DNA of 64,000 bases from sequence record MK250019.1; one strand, written 5' to 3'. Of the stretch, positions 11,594 to 20,521 are shown one piece after another. The position numbers were made by a program, and so were the translations under genes. Every line of letters starts with the position of its first letter. Position 1 is the first letter of the stretch. The notes below the pieces were generated by a model. The model searched no databases. It was not told where the DNA came from and was given only the letters and a program-made list of their open reading frames with translations.

Positions 11594-12086
11594 TATAAGT
11601 GTTAAGTAACATAAGGATGGAAATCTTATGGTTCGTAAGTAGTAATATCGAATAGTCCGCATAATAGGAACATGTCATTATTTTAACATTTATATAAGAA
11701 TATACTACATGTCTTATATGAGCGTCAGGAGTATTGTAACAGAGTCGACGTATTTACATTTTTAGAGGCGCAGTTTTTAAATCTGACTATTCTACGTAAA
11801 GTAGTGTTCTATGTAAAGTAGTGAAGTGCAAGATACGGCGTCAGTACAAGTCTATATAATAAGTTGCAAATAAAAATAGAAACTGTTAAAATTCGTATCT
11901 AATTTGTCTGTATTTCACAATGGTTAATGAGGTACATGAAAAGTGATTTGGAAGAATCATTATAAACATATTATGATTAAGATAACGTTCAACTAAGCTA
12001 TATAATAATAGTAAGTACAGCGCTGAAAATATATGTTTATATGTATTGCGGTTGTGGTTCGATTCCACATACAGACACGACTTATA
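11594..12086 (+). ncRNA. Large structured ncRNA candidate (about 490 nt)
   Basis: Closing stem TATAAGT/ACTTATA, GGAA-capped hairpin, long-range AATAGTC/GACTATT and AGATACG/CGTATCT helices, embedded tRNA-like domain. Confidence 0.5.
11906..12077 (+). ncRNA. tRNA-like domain with expanded anticodon loop
   Basis: Perfect acceptor GTCTGTA/TACAGAC+A, D loop AATGGTTAA, TACAT/ATGTA stem enclosing about 110 nt with 10-bp ATAAACATAT/ATATGTTTAT helix, T arm identical to the 11048 element. Confidence 0.6.
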
Positions 12087-12299
12087 TTAATGATGAAAAG
12101 TCTGCAATTAACAAAATATAAAAACATCTTAATGTACTGTTGATTATATGTTTTAATTTTGTTAACTAAGAGATTCTTGTAAATTATAAAAATTTACAAA
12201 TCGAGGGGAACGCATAACGGCAATTATGTTAGTACTTGGCGTTTAATGAAATGAATATGTATATTTGCCGATGTGCATATGAGTGACATTAAATGATAA

Positions 12300-12394
12300 A
12301 ATTATAATAGTGTAGCGGTTCGCACGCCCGTTGGTAAAACGGGAAGGGTTTATGTTTGAAAGCATATTAGGGGTTCGACTCCCGCTTATAAACA
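12300..12394 (+). tRNA. Degenerate tRNA-Tyr(GTA)-like gene
   Basis: D loop AGCGGTT, stem CCCGT/ACGGG with loop TG-GTA-AA (G33), long variable arm, T loop GGTTCGACTCC; acceptor only 5 bp and bulged T stem. Confidence 0.5.
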
Positions 12395-12401
12395 ATTAAA
12401 T

Positions 12402-12550
12402 TACATAATGTTCTCACGAAGAGCGAGCATCGGAAGGTGAGCAATTTAGAAAGATGTTTAAGAGTGATCATATTAAATTGATTTCTAACAGAAATACGGT
12501 GACGTAGGAGCTGAAAAAGAACAAACGTATGGTAATGTTAGCATTATGTA
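12402..12550 (+). ncRNA. Structured RNA candidate (about 150 nt)
   Basis: 11-bp closing stem TACATAATGTT/AGCATTATGTA; GNRA hairpins CATC-GGAA-GGTG and ACG-GTGA-CGT. Confidence 0.45.
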
Positions 12551-12616
12551 TTTAAAAAATATTAGTCCTCACAGACTTTACATTTTTTATAACTTTAAAA
12601 TTTTGAATTTAATATT

Positions 12617-12651
12617 AAATCCGATGCTTGTAATAAGTATCGGATTTTTTT
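12617..12651 (+). terminator. Intrinsic terminator closing the non-coding unit
   Basis: AAATCCGATGCTT/AAGTATCGGATTT stem plus T tract. Confidence 0.8.
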
Positions 12652-12664
12652 AATTCATAAAAAA

Positions 12665-12676
12665 TATGTATCTTTG
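12665..12676 (+). promoter_or_regulatory. Bacteroidetes-type -7 promoter element
   Basis: TATGTATCTTTG upstream of nadR. Confidence 0.75.
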
Positions 12677-12706
12677 TAATATATTAAATAATAATTAAAT
12701 AATTAA

Positions 12707-13867
12707 ATGATTAAGAATATAGGAATTTGTTTTGGCGGTTATTGTCCTATGCATCAGGGACATCTTGATCTTATAATGAAAGCAAAGAAAGAAAATGATA
12801 TTTGTTATGTGGTTGTTTGTGGTTATACAGATGAACCACGAGGTAATGAATTAGGTCTTAATATTAATAATAGAAAAAGACTTATTAAAGAGTTTTTTAA
12901 AAATGATGAACTTATTCGAGTTCTTACTGTAAATGATACAGAATTAGGTATTGATGAAAGTATGTCTGAACATAATTGGAAAGTATGGACAGATTATGTA
13001 AAATATCAAATTACAGATGATCTTTTGGGTGGAGGTCCGACATTTCCATTTAGTCCTGATGAAAGGATTGAAGCGCATGAATTGAAACTTACATTCTATG
13101 TTGGTGAAAAGTTCTATGTTGAATCATTGAATAAATTAAATATTAATGCAGTGTTAGTTGGTTACGATGAGAATTCTCCATCTAATAGAAGTAATGATAT
13201 ATCAGCAACATATATTAGACAAAATCCTCAATATTATTGGGATAAGATTGTATCAACATTTAAACCTGCATTAACAAAGAAAATTCTTGTATTAGGTACA
13301 GCATCAGAAGGGAAATCAACACTTGTTAAAGATATTGGTAATTATTTTAATATACCATATACAACAGAATTCGGTAGGGATTATATGGAGAAACATTGTA
13401 TGTTAGATCCTGATATTACTGTAAATGATTTTGTTGAATTCCTTATTGGACAGAGACAATATTATTTTGATGCTTTGAATGATAAAGGAAATAAGGGCGT
13501 TATCATTTCAGATACTGATAATCTCGTTACACTTATGTATGCAAAAGCATATGTATCTGATAATAATATGCAAATTACTGAAGATGAATATAACAATATA
13601 TTGAAACCACTTGCAAAATCATTACAAACAGGTGTTTCATGGGATGTAATTTATCTTATCAAACCGCATAATAAATTTGTTGATGATGGAACACGTTACA
13701 TGAATCAATCTTCAATAGATGAGAGAATGAAGAATTATAAAATTCTTTTATCATTACTTGAAGAGTTCGGTTTACTTGATAAAGTAATTGAATTGAATGG
13801 TTCTTATATGGATCATTTTAATTATGTTAAGGATTATATCACAAAATTATATGATAAAGAAAATTAA
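12707..13867 (+). CDS. nadR: NadR-like bifunctional NMN adenylyltransferase / ribosylnicotinamide kinase
   Basis: N-terminal FGGYCPMHQGH (HxGH), ISATYIR, P-loop GTASEGKST, EFGRDY, SDTD, FVDDGTR. Confidence 0.9.
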   Translation: MIKNIGICFGGYCPMHQGHLDLIMKAKKENDICYVVVCGYTDEPRGNELGLNINNRKRLIKEFFKNDELIRVLTVNDTELGIDESMSEHNWKVWTDYVKYQITDDLLGGGPTFPFSPDERIEAHELKLTFYVGEKFYVESLNKLNINAVLVGYDENSPSNRSNDISATYIRQNPQYYWDKIVSTFKPALTKKILVLGTASEGKSTLVKDIGNYFNIPYTTEFGRDYMEKHCMLDPDITVNDFVEFLIGQRQYYFDALNDKGNKGVIISDTDNLVTLMYAKAYVSDNNMQITEDEYNNILKPLAKSLQTGVSWDVIYLIKPHNKFVDDGTRYMNQSSIDERMKNYKILLSLLEEFGLLDKVIELNGSYMDHFNYVKDYITKLYDKEN

Positions 13868-14516
13868 TAATATATTATATTCAGAGTTTATAGAAGGAAG
13901 AAATATTAATGAACATTTGTTTATGCTCATTGGTATTTTCCTTCAATTAATTGCATGGTATATAACTAAAGATTCATTGATTTCTTTAATATCAGGTGTA
14001 ACTGGTATTATATCTGTTATATTATGTTCACAAAGAAAGATTTCATTTTATTTCTTCGGCTTTATACAATTAGGAACATATATGTATCTTGCATGGCAGC
14101 AAAGATTTTATGGTGAATTAATAGAGAATATATTTTACATTATTACTATGTTAATAGGTATTGTAGTATGGTTAAAAAATTATAATACTGAAGAACAAAT
14201 AGTAGAATCTAAAAGACTTTCTGATAGGTTATTCTATATAATATGTAGTATAATGGTGTTTATCTGTGTATTATTTGGTTATTATATGAAATACTTTACA
14301 GATAATACACAACCATTTATGGATTCATTTTCAACAGTACCTGCATTTATAGCACAGACATTGTTAATGTTACGATATAGAGAACAATGGATATTCTGGA
14401 TTATAATTGATGTTGTTTCTATATTCATGTGGATGTTTGCTGATAATTGGATAATGGTTATTCAATTTATATTTTGGACAATGAATTGCATATATGGTTA
14501 TAGAAAATGGAAATAA
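13851..14516 (+). CDS. pnuC: PnuC-family nicotinamide riboside transporter
   Basis: Multi-TM protein, PFMDSFSTV..AQTLLMLRYREQWIFWIIIDVV motif, overlaps nadR stop. Confidence 0.9.
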   Translation: MIKKINNILYSEFIEGRNINEHLFMLIGIFLQLIAWYITKDSLISLISGVTGIISVILCSQRKISFYFFGFIQLGTYMYLAWQQRFYGELIENIFYIITMLIGIVVWLKNYNTEEQIVESKRLSDRLFYIICSIMVFICVLFGYYMKYFTDNTQPFMDSFSTVPAFIAQTLLMLRYREQWIFWIIIDVVSIFMWMFADNWIMVIQFIFWTMNCIYGYRKWK

Positions 14517-14531
14517 TAAAAATAAAATAAT

Positions 14532-14777
14532 ATGACATTTGTTATTATAGTAATAGTTATTTGCTTAACTGTATATGGTATTATGGCATCTAAACATAAT
14601 GCAGAAGAAAGTAAAGCATTTTGGGGTGATCATTCAGATTCATCTGATGTTAAGAAATTAAAGTCAAGAATGAAACTTTTGATTGATAGAGTAGATTTAC
14701 TTGAGGAACGAATTAATAAGTTAGATGGACAGAGTTTAAAATCAAGAATTGATAGAAAAACATTTAATAGCAATTAA
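14532..14777 (+). CDS. Small membrane-anchored coiled-coil protein
   Basis: N-terminal TM, 81 aa. Confidence 0.6.
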   Translation: MTFVIIVIVICLTVYGIMASKHNAEESKAFWGDHSDSSDVKKLKSRMKLLIDRVDLLEERINKLDGQSLKSRIDRKTFNSN

Positions 14778-14780
14778 TAT

Positions 14781-15248
14781 ATGAAAGCAGAAAGAACAAA
14801 TTTTGAAGTTTTTGATTGGATGAAAGAACATCAAAAAGAGTATAATTATAGTGATGAATTTATTAATGCATATAAGGACTGTTATTTTTTGAAACGTCTC
14901 GAAGGAAAAGTATTTAAAGGTGAATTTTGTGGATATAAAGTAACACCTGATAATTCAGATAAATCTTATTTTGTAGAAGAAGGAATTAGAGGATGTGAAC
15001 GAGGATTTTTTACTGTACTTGATAATAAACTTATTAAACTTGAATTTGATTCAGTACAGGATGAATTGTGGTTTAGTAATAAGTATAAGAAAAATGAGAA
15101 TTCAATTATAGAAAAGTATATCAATCCTAAATTGAAATATCTTACAGAATTCTTGAAACTTGAAACACTTACAGATAATGAAAGAATGATGATTAATGAT
15201 CATATTCAATCATTAGAGTTTATTATTAATTCACTTTATAAAATTTAA
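14781..15248 (+). CDS. Hypothetical protein
   Basis: 155-aa ORF in operon. Confidence 0.65.
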   Translation: MKAERTNFEVFDWMKEHQKEYNYSDEFINAYKDCYFLKRLEGKVFKGEFCGYKVTPDNSDKSYFVEEGIRGCERGFFTVLDNKLIKLEFDSVQDELWFSNKYKKNENSIIEKYINPKLKYLTEFLKLETLTDNERMMINDHIQSLEFIINSLYKI

Positions 15249-15259
15249 TTTTATTTAAT

Positions 15260-15421
15260 ATGAGTTTTCTTACATATTTTTTAATTGCTTATGGTATTAT
15301 TTCAACCATTTCTATTTGTGTATTTGCATATGAAATAAAACATGCACGTAATATTGATTCTAATGCATGTTTTTTAAGAGGTGATATATCAAAAGATGCA
15401 TTTAATAATAAAACAAAGTAA
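15260..15421 (+). CDS. Small membrane protein (53 aa)
   Basis: MSFLTYFLIAYGIISTISICVFAYE; fills the gap between neighbouring genes. Confidence 0.5.
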   Translation: MSFLTYFLIAYGIISTISICVFAYEIKHARNIDSNACFLRGDISKDAFNNKTK

Positions 15422-15446
15422 TTAATATATTAAAATTATAAGATTC

Positions 15447-16208
15447 ATGGCGTATATAGATAAAACCTATATAGTTGATTATCAGCAGTTTAAAGAAGTT
15501 CGAGACTGGTGTAAAGGTAAGATTGTTGAACTTCCTAATGGCCTTAAATATCATGCAGAGAATTTTTTGAATGATAAAGATATGTCAGAAGAGTATTTCA
15601 ATAATTGGAAGAATGAAATTATTGAAAATCGAATGAGGACTTATGGAGAGACATATGAAAAAGCATATAAAAATGCAGAAATTCCATTATGGAATACACC
15701 ATATTACTTTGATATATGGCTTATAAAGAATTGTCCTATACAATTTATACAGGATCGACTTAAATATCAATATGATGATGAATATGAGCAGATTAAAAAT
15801 GGGACATCATCATATGATACATATAAGAGAAATGGTCTTGGAAAGAATTTTCATTATAAAGTAATTCGCAAACCAAATTGGAACCCACGTTATAAATTCA
15901 CTTATGTTGATCGACTCGGTAATGATAAGTGTTATAAGGAAAATCAAAAACCGTGGTGGCTTATCACTATTGAAGATACTAAAACAGTAAATCCAATTTC
16001 ATGGTGGGTAAATACTGAACATAATTATTGGACATGTTCAGAAGAAGGACTTCCATTTAATAGTAATATGCTGGATATAAAGAGGAAGAATCTTAATATT
16101 CATGCTATCATCAGAATGATTAAGAAATGGGATTTACCTACCGGCTCACAAGTTAAGGTATTAAATAGATATTTCAATTACGGTTGGATTATTAATATTA
16201 AAAAATAA
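15447..16208 (+). CDS. Hypothetical protein
   Basis: 253-aa ORF followed by terminator. Confidence 0.7.
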   Translation: MAYIDKTYIVDYQQFKEVRDWCKGKIVELPNGLKYHAENFLNDKDMSEEYFNNWKNEIIENRMRTYGETYEKAYKNAEIPLWNTPYYFDIWLIKNCPIQFIQDRLKYQYDDEYEQIKNGTSSYDTYKRNGLGKNFHYKVIRKPNWNPRYKFTYVDRLGNDKCYKENQKPWWLITIEDTKTVNPISWWVNTEHNYWTCSEEGLPFNSNMLDIKRKNLNIHAIIRMIKKWDLPTGSQVKVLNRYFNYGWIINIKK

Positions 16209-16212
16209 AATT

Positions 16213-16253
16213 AGAAGGATGTTATTTAGACGGTTAAATAACATCCTTCTTTT
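16213..16253 (+). terminator. Intrinsic terminator
   Basis: 16-bp stem AGAAGGATGTTATTTA/TAAATAACATCCTTCT. Confidence 0.8.
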
Positions 16254-16287
16254 ATTATAAATATAAAAATAGGATTAATACTTATAT

Positions 16288-17337
16288 ATGAATAAACAAA
16301 TCAAGCAATTGTTAGAAAATTTATTTGATGATTATGATGACTTAATATAGGATGATAATGATAATATTGAAAAAGATTCCATAGGTAAGAAAATAACTGA
16401 TGAAGATATAAAGAAAAAAGTAAAAGAATGGTTGCGTTATAATATTGCATCAAGTCCAGAAAATAATAATATAGATAGAAATCTTACTTTTGAATATATT
16501 GATGACATACTTTATTGTAATTTACATTTTAATGGTTATATGACAGTATTTATGAGTGAAATACCTGATTATGTAAAGATTAATAAAATTACATGTAAAG
16601 ATATTAAATTTAATAGTTTATATAATTTACCGAAGGAAATAGATGGAGATATGCTTATAGATGGTTATAATCATACGAAATTAATTGGTAATTTCCCCGA
16701 AAAAATAGGTTGTTTAAAGATATGGAATTCAAAAATAAAATCATTGGAAGGACTCAATGATAATTGTGGTTCTATTGAATCATTAGAGATTGAGGCATGC
16801 AATAATTTCCAATATTTTATGGGTATTCCAGAAAATGTAGGACGTGTTTCTATACAAGAATGTAATAAACTTCAAAATTTAATAGGATTACCAGAATCTG
16901 TTGATGATATAGAGTTAACAGATTTAAGGAAATTTTCAAGTTTAGAAGGATGTCCAAAAGAGTTAAAAGGAGATTTACGTATAACAGATTGTAAAAAATT
17001 ATTATCATTAAAATATATTTCATCTTTAATCATAGGAGATTGTTCTGTTACGTATACAGGTATAGAACATCTTGATATGGCTGAATCAAATACAAGAGTT
17101 ATAGGAGACTTTAATGTTTCTAATAATAAGTTAGTTGATTTAAGTAATGGACCAGAAGATGTAAGAGGTAATTATGATTGTGCATATAACTCAAAATTGA
17201 CATGTTTAAATGCGCAAGATACACTTATGTCTGGATATAAGAAAACATTTGATTGTACGAAAAATCGAAGACTAAAAACATTATAGGGATTACCTATAAT
17301 GATTAAAGGAGATATAATAGTAAATACAGATTTATAA
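16288..17337 (+). CDS. Leucine-rich-repeat-like protein, paralog 1 (349 aa, TAG=Gln)
   Basis: MNKQIKQLLENLFDDYDD leader; repeats of the type SLEGCPKEL and NLIGLPESV; TAA at 17335. Confidence 0.8.
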
Positions 17338-17420
17338 AAATTAAATACGTCATACAAATAATATATATGTTATAAGTAAACTATTTGATAAATATAAAAA
17401 TTATATTAAACAATTTATAT

Positions 17421-18467
17421 ATGAATAAACTTATTAGAAAATTATTAGAAAATCTATTTGATGATTATGACGATATAATATAGAATGATAATGATGATAT
17501 TGGAGATGATCTTATAGCTAAAAAGTTAAAAGAGGAAGAGTAGTAGAAAGTAAAAGAATGGCTTTGTAATAATATCTCAACTAACAAATATGAAGTGTTT
17601 CTTAATAATATAGATAAATACGTTACATTTGAATATATTGACGGTATACTTTATTGCAATTTAGAGTTTATTGATTCTATAACAAAATTTAAAAGTCCAA
17701 TACCAGATTATGTAAAGATTAATAAAATTAAAGGTCACGGTCACATTACATTTAAGAGTTCATATAATTTACCAAAAGAAATAGAAGGAACTATGTGTAT
17801 AAAAAGTAATGAGACAAAAATTATTGGTCCTTTCCCACAAAAAATTAAAGTCTTATGTATAAAGTGCCCAAAATTAAAGTCATTAAAAGGCCTTAATGAT
17901 AATTGTGTTTCTATTGGTAAATTATATATAGATAATAGTTTGAATTTACAAGATTTAACAGGTTTACCAGATTCTGTCAACTATTTATAGTTGACTTATT
18001 GCAATTTTCCAAATTTAAAAGGATGTCCAAAACAATTAAATGTTTTAAACATACAAGAATGTAATAAACTTGAAAACCTTATAGGATGTCCAGAAACTAT
18101 TGAAAAAATAGATTTGTTAAATTTAGAAAATTTTTCAAGTTTAGAAGGATGTCCAAAACAATTAGATGGATTGGATATATGTGGTTGTGAAAAATTAAAA
18201 TCATTAAAATATATTTCTCCTTTAATAGGGAAAGGTGGATTAGGTGTTTCACGCTCAGGCTTAGTTGATTTAAGTAATGGTCCAAAAGAGATAGAAGGTA
18301 ATTATTATTGCAATACTAATCCAAATTTGAAACGTTTAAATGCACAAGATACAGTTATGACGGGACATGAGACTGCATTTCATTGTTATAATAATGATAG
18401 CTTAAAAAGATTAAAGGGATTACCTAAGATGAAATACAAAGATATAAAAATAAAGACTGATTTATAA
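17421..18467 (+). CDS. Leucine-rich-repeat-like protein, paralog 2 (348 aa, TAG=Gln)
   Basis: MNKLIRKLLENLFDDYDD leader; tandem TAG TAG at 17541-17546; collinear with paralog 1. Confidence 0.8.
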
Positions 18468-18473
18468 AAAGAA

Positions 18474-18514
18474 AATGAGGAATTAAACATATTTGAAGTG
18501 TTTAATTCCTCATT
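18474..18514. terminator. Bidirectional terminator
   Basis: 17-bp stem between convergent genes. Confidence 0.75.
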
Positions 18515-18535
18515 ATTATTTTGTTAATATATTAA

Positions 18536-19336
18536 TTACTTTCCATAGTGGATGTAATCAATAAGTGCATTTGTATCAAGATTAGACTCAATTGCCTCCT
18601 GATCGTTAACTTCCTTAAGAGCTGCAATAACAGCCTTAAGCAGCTTACTACGACGAGCAAGAAGGTCTGCACGCTGCTTCTGTGACCACTCACCAGTAAA
18701 ACGCTGATGTGTATAATCACCAACCTCAACTGTCTTCTTACACTGAACAACTGCAGCACGATAGTTTGCAGGAATATTAGCAGGGTCGATATTAGGATCT
18801 CGAAGAATTTCCTCTGTTGTTTCTGTTGTACGAGAAACACCCTTTACAAGTTCATTCTCAAGAATCTCACGATTACCATATTCTGCATTATTTGTAGGTT
18901 TCCAAATCTCAGAATCTGAATAAACGGGAATTCTCTCATACATTGTTACGAGTTCTTTTGAGGTAAGAATACTCTTAAGACGCATAAGATCAAGAGCTGT
19001 CAACTCACCGAATGAATGACCATCTACAACAAGCTCAACCTTACGAGCACCCATAGAGTTTGTAGCCTCAACAGAGAATACCTCATTAAGATAATTTGTT
19101 GCAATATTCTTAAACCAATCAAGCTGTTCTGATACAGTTGTCTGAACTGCTGTTACACCCTTCTTTGTAGGATCATCTGGATAACCCTCACGTGGGATAT
19201 ATGTCTTCTTCTCTCCGCGGAATGCACCCTGTGCATTCTTAAAATACTGTGCATACTCATTTACCTCTTTTGCATACACTGATGCAGAATGATCGACCTT
19301 TGCAAGGACGACATTCATCTTTTCTACTTTTGCCAT
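18536..19336 (-). CDS. Conserved hypothetical protein
   Basis: 266 aa, strong high-expression codon bias, no TAG. Confidence 0.8.
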   Translation of the reverse strand: MAKVEKMNVVLAKVDHSASVYAKEVNEYAQYFKNAQGAFRGEKKTYIPREGYPDDPTKKGVTAVQTTVSEQLDWFKNIATNYLNEVFSVEATNSMGARKVELVVDGHSFGELTALDLMRLKSILTSKELVTMYERIPVYSDSEIWKPTNNAEYGNREILENELVKGVSRTTETTEEILRDPNIDPANIPANYRAAVVQCKKTVEVGDYTHQRFTGEWSQKQRADLLARRSKLLKAVIAALKEVNDQEAIESNLDTNALIDYIHYGK

Positions 19337-19468
19337 AATTTACTAAAATTAAACGTTAATGTTAAAACTAAATTTATTATATATACGTGTGTTATAGAGA
19401 AAAGTCTAATTATAAATAGAATAAAATGATATTTTCATATATAAGAAATATAAATAAACGAAAATCAT

Positions 19469-19993
19469 ATGATAACAGTAAATAAGTCTATAGATATAAA
19501 TAAGGAATCATATCCGAAATGTCCATACAGTAAAGAATTATGTGATCCAAATATATTGTTTAATGAATATTCTATTAATAAGAAAGATAAATGTATATCA
19601 TGTAAATATTGGAGATCTAATTATGATTATATAGTGAATAAACATTTAGAAGATGTAAAGAAGGATCCTAATTCAAATTATAATATTATTGTTAATGAAG
19701 TAAACAGAGATGGTGGAAAGTATATAAAATTTGATAATGATGATATTGGGTTTTTGATTTGTGCGACATCTACAATAGAAGATTATTACTATATGTATAT
19801 GGATAAAGACAGAAATATTAAAATGTCGTCATGTGTCGGCGGATATGAAATTATAGAATCTCCAGAAACAATACAAAATCTCTCCGTATTGAGTTATATT
19901 CGTAAACATGATAAAATGTATATCAAAGAAAAAATAATGCGATACATAAAGAATTTGAAATATGATAAAGTAATAACTAATATATTTTATTAA
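19469..19993 (+). CDS. Hypothetical protein with N-terminal Cys motif
   Basis: 174 aa, CPYSKELC..CISCKYW. Confidence 0.65.
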   Translation: MITVNKSIDINKESYPKCPYSKELCDPNILFNEYSINKKDKCISCKYWRSNYDYIVNKHLEDVKKDPNSNYNIIVNEVNRDGGKYIKFDNDDIGFLICATSTIEDYYYMYMDKDRNIKMSSCVGGYEIIESPETIQNLSVLSYIRKHDKMYIKEKIMRYIKNLKYDKVITNIFY

Positions 19994-20070
19994 TAAATAT
20001 TTAAATGATTAAATATAAGTTTTATATTTAAATAAATATAACAAATAAAAATATATTTTTAATTGTAAAG

Positions 20071-20517
20071 ATGAAAGTTAAAGATAAGAAAGCATTATAT
20101 GAATCCATCATGATGAATGTATCAAAGATGGTTAAGAAAGCCATAAATGAATATGGTGACGGTATTGATGCAGAAGATGAAATCGTTGATGACGAACCAA
20201 TGGATGATGATATTACTGTATATGTTCCATTGGTTGGTTGTGAGTGTAAATGTATTCTTTGTAATGATGAGGATGGAAATTCATATTATGAGGTTCATGA
20301 TGATAATGATGATTATGTATGTGAAGTTCATGATGATGTTGATCCAGAGGATGAAGATGCATTGGTTTCTGCTATTGAAGATAATTATCAGTGGGAAACA
20401 CAGTCTGGTGATTATGAGGATGTAGATCCATTGGGACCTTCAGATGATGATGAAGATTCTGATGATATGGATGATGCATTTGATGATTATGAGGATGAAG
20501 AAGATTATGATGTTTAA
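20071..20517 (+). CDS. Acidic protein with KKALYESIM leader (putative head protein)
   Basis: 148 aa, very Asp/Glu-rich. Confidence 0.75.
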   Translation: MKVKDKKALYESIMMNVSKMVKKAINEYGDGIDAEDEIVDDEPMDDDITVYVPLVGCECKCILCNDEDGNSYYEVHDDNDDYVCEVHDDVDPEDEDALVSAIEDNYQWETQSGDYEDVDPLGPSDDDEDSDDMDDAFDDYEDEEDYDV

Positions 20518-20521
20518 ATAA

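Noticed and set aside
11645-11795. Group I intron (TAGTC and GACTA P7-like strings)
   Set aside because: The two strings are in the wrong order on both strands and no P3/P8 core or exon context is evident.
11792-11823. Direct repeat CTA(C/T)GTAAAGTAGTG as a CRISPR remnant
   Set aside because: Only two 15-nt copies 2 nt apart, with no spacers and no cas genes; no CRISPR array was seen anywhere in the window.
11906-12077. tmRNA
   Set aside because: No G3:U70 alanine determinant, a D stem is present, the insert is too short and there is no tag frame.
12300-12394. Amber suppressor tRNA explaining the recoding
   Set aside because: The anticodon reads GTA, not CTA; no suppressor tRNA or release-factor gene was found in this window.
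12707-14516. Calling this the NARP1 or NARP2 NAD-reconstitution pathway
   Set aside because: No ADPR-PP synthetase, Namat or Nampt-like gene was recognised; the genes are of the NadR/PnuC salvage type.
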